From Octopus bimaculoides (Eukaryota), in NCBI RefSeq assembly GCF_001194135.2, contig NC_068990.1, forward strand, positions 742,253-778,487: 36,235 nucleotides of DNA, written 5' to 3'. The stretch's first letter is position 1, and each line of letters opens with the position of its first letter. The notes beneath the pieces are model-generated. The model made no database searches. It was not told the origin of the DNA and was given only the letters and a program-made list of their open reading frames with translations. Shown here piece after piece: positions 33,947 to 36,235 of this stretch. Both the position numbers and the translations under genes were made by a program.

Positions 33947-35148
33947 CTCAACATCACACTTTCAGTTGCAGTTCAAGCCGGAATTTTAATGGTAAACCAA
34001 ACGAAGCACTCATAGTACATACATATTACTTTATATCAGTTGACGATATAATTAAAACAAAGTAATTAATAACACGTCCTAACACAAAGACACTAAATAA
34101 TCCATTATAGTTAAACGGCCAACGAGCCTGTTACTTGAGAAGAACTCAAATTACCCTTAATTATAGAATAAATAAATACGTATACACACGCGTTGGCACC
34201 GGAGCCATATAACTTTTTGAGGGTCATAATAAATTGTGTGGCATATGTGCCCTGGTGTTGATTTGTATACGCCCCGTAAGAACTGTGACAGAGGGACGAA
34301 ACACACACAGACGCGTACGCGCGTGTGTATGCGTGCATGTGCGTAAACAGACCACCCACGTTAAAACATGTCCCTTATGTCAATTATTGGATAAACCAGG
34401 AGAACTCTGAGTTAAGAGTCATTTGTAGTATTAAATTCCATTATGATTAATGAGTGTTACCGTTACTGTGATTTTCGTTGATATTTCAGTCCATGAGGCA
34501 ACTTTCAACCTCGTAGCTTACATCATGGCATCAATAAAATAATAATTGTTTCTAATAATATAATAACGATAATAATTCAGCTGGTTTTTCAGTGACCTAT
34601 GTTTGTGAAGATAATGGTATTAGAAAGCAAACAGTTTCAAACGTTTCAAACGAAGGCCATCGAAAAATTGACTGAATTTTTTGTAATAATTTCAAATGAA
34701 AACACAAAAATACAAAATGGCTTAAATACAAAAGATTTTCCATTTGATAAACAGCTCTGGATATTTTAACCTGAAATTCGCTTCAAAAGTCAAGAGAGAA
34801 AACTTACTAAAAAGATATAAGACAAGGGAAATAACTCCCCACTAGCGACCAGAGTTTTGGGCTATATATGCTGTCTATGACTAGTCCGTAATATTTTGCA
34901 ACAGTTGACAATAAGTTCTGGTTTTGCTTCAACATATAGACATTTTTCACAAGACAGACGCCCATATATTTCTCCTGTTTTCAGGTCGGACCAGATCAAC
35001 TTTTACTTAAAGGCTATCGATGTTTTATAATTTTCTGTCTGGTAAATAAGGACGATATCCTAACAGTCACTGAAGAGTTGTAGTCTCGTTCTTACTGTTG
35101 ATAATTTACTGTTCCAACTAGGGTAACTGCTCCGGTAGTTATTGTTCT

Positions 35149-35304
35149 CAGGCGCGGTCCCAGGAAAGTTTCGAAGGAAGGGCACAAGGTCAGAAAGGAA
35201 TACAATTCCAGGAGAAAAGGGCGTAATAACATTATTTAGAAGGGTGCACTTCTTTTCTCGAGTGGGGCAAGTGCCCCTCAGCCCCCACCTCTCATCCGCC
35301 CCTG
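35149..35304. mobile_element. Small GC-rich MITE-like element, 156 bp
   Basis: Ends CAGGCGCGG and CCGCCCCTG are 8/9 inverted; the interior has GGGGCAAGTGCCCC. TSD unclear. Confidence 0.5.
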
Positions 35305-35500
35305 GTTCCTGCACTAGGGCTTGTCCTGAGATTTCCGTGACCTACAATGGTAAACAATTAATACTTGATCAATTTTCCTCTGAACTCTATTAGTATCAGG
35401 CAACATTATTTTGCTCTTATTACTATAGAATTCACTAAAAGCTTCCTCAACCGCAATTTGCTTCATTTAACAAATTCAGATCGATTATTCCACGATACTA

Positions 35501-36045
35501 AGGCTGGTAGAACCGTTAGCACGTTGACCTTGTCCTGGCATGCCATCGGTTACGACAAAGGGGGCTCTAGTTCACCCGATCAACGGAACATCCTGCTCGT
35601 GAAATTAACATACAAGTGGCCGAGCAATCCACAGACACCTGGACCCTTAACGGAGTTCTTGGGGAGATTCACCCTGACACAGAATGTGGCCAGGCTGGCC
35701 CTTCAAATTACAGGTACAACTCATTTTTGCCTGCTCAGTGGACTGGTGCAACGTGAAATAAAGTGTCTTGCTCAACGACGCACCGTCAGGAATCGAACTC
35801 ACGACTTTGCAATCGTGAGCCGACTATGCTAACCACTCAGCCACGCATATTCCAGCACATCGGACAAAAGACTTTGCGGAATGTCTTCCGGTTCTTTACA
35901 TTCAGCGTTCAAATTTTGCCAGGGTTGACTTAACTCTTCTTCCATTCTGAGTCGATGAAAGTGAGTACCAGTTTCAAACTGGGGTTGATGCAATCGACTT
36001 GACCATCCCTCAAAATTGATGGCCTTGCGCCCAAATTAGAAAGAA
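35501..36045 (+). mobile_element. SINE family B interrupted by SINE D
   Basis: Head GGCTGGTAGAACCGTTAGCAC at 35502-35522 resumes at 35854 and runs through GTTCAAATT, GTACCAGTT and GGCCTTGCGCCCAAATTAGAAA. Confidence 0.75.
35523..35853 (-). mobile_element. Near full-length SINE family D nested inside a SINE B copy
   Basis: Minus-strand head GCGTGGCTGAGTGGTTAGC...GAGTTCGATTCC, then TGAGCAAGACACTT; flanked by AGCAC at 35518-35522 and 35854-35858. Confidence 0.8.
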
Positions 36046-36084
36046 TCGAAATGTATTCCATTCTTCCTAACCTCCTCTCATTTC

Positions 36085-36235
36085 CCAGATTATCGTTAGA
36101 GCGTTAGTTAAAATGATACAAAGTGATTTTGCAGTGTTTTTATCAGTCTCTCTAGATTCTGAATTCAAATCCCGCTGTGATCAAGTTTGCTTTTTATCTT
36201 TTTAGAATTGATAAAATAAAAAGTGCTAGTCCAGA
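36085..36235 (+). mobile_element. Degraded SINE family B, truncated by the window end
   Basis: ATCGTTAGAGCG...GAATTCAAATCCCGCTG...AAGTTTGCTTTTTATC...GATAAAATAA. Confidence 0.6.

Noticed and set aside
35365-35832. 155-aa ORF
   Set aside because: Mostly the antisense strand of SINE D; no recognisable domain.

Overview
This is repeat-dense, AT-rich animal genomic DNA from a fragmented short-read assembly, with many N gaps, mostly next to microsatellites. The tRNA-headed SINE families and (CA)n/(CT)n/(TATG)n tracts look like octopus or cephalopod DNA; that is an inference from my recollection of such repeats. No intact host gene, RNA gene, CRISPR array or prokaryotic feature is supported. The window holds five fragments of restriction-like-endonuclease (RLE) non-LTR retrotransposons (four R4/Dong-like, one Hero-like). 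It also holds two Chapaev3-like DNA transposons, one full length (7756-10171) with CACTGG...CCAGTG ends and a TAA target-site duplication (TSD), plus a Tc1 transposase relic, hAT-type MITEs and about 20 SINE copies. The most interesting object is a ~1.4 kb element (3126-4493) with 25-bp terminal inverted repeats (TIRs) and an AT TSD. It carries a THAP-domain ORF at one end and a convergent SAP-domain ORF, missed by the ORF track, at the other. It is best read as an internally deleted ISL2EU/PHIS-type transposon that kept both DNA-binding modules. Most ORF-track entries are microsatellite or N-run artefacts. SINE and relic boundaries are approximate.
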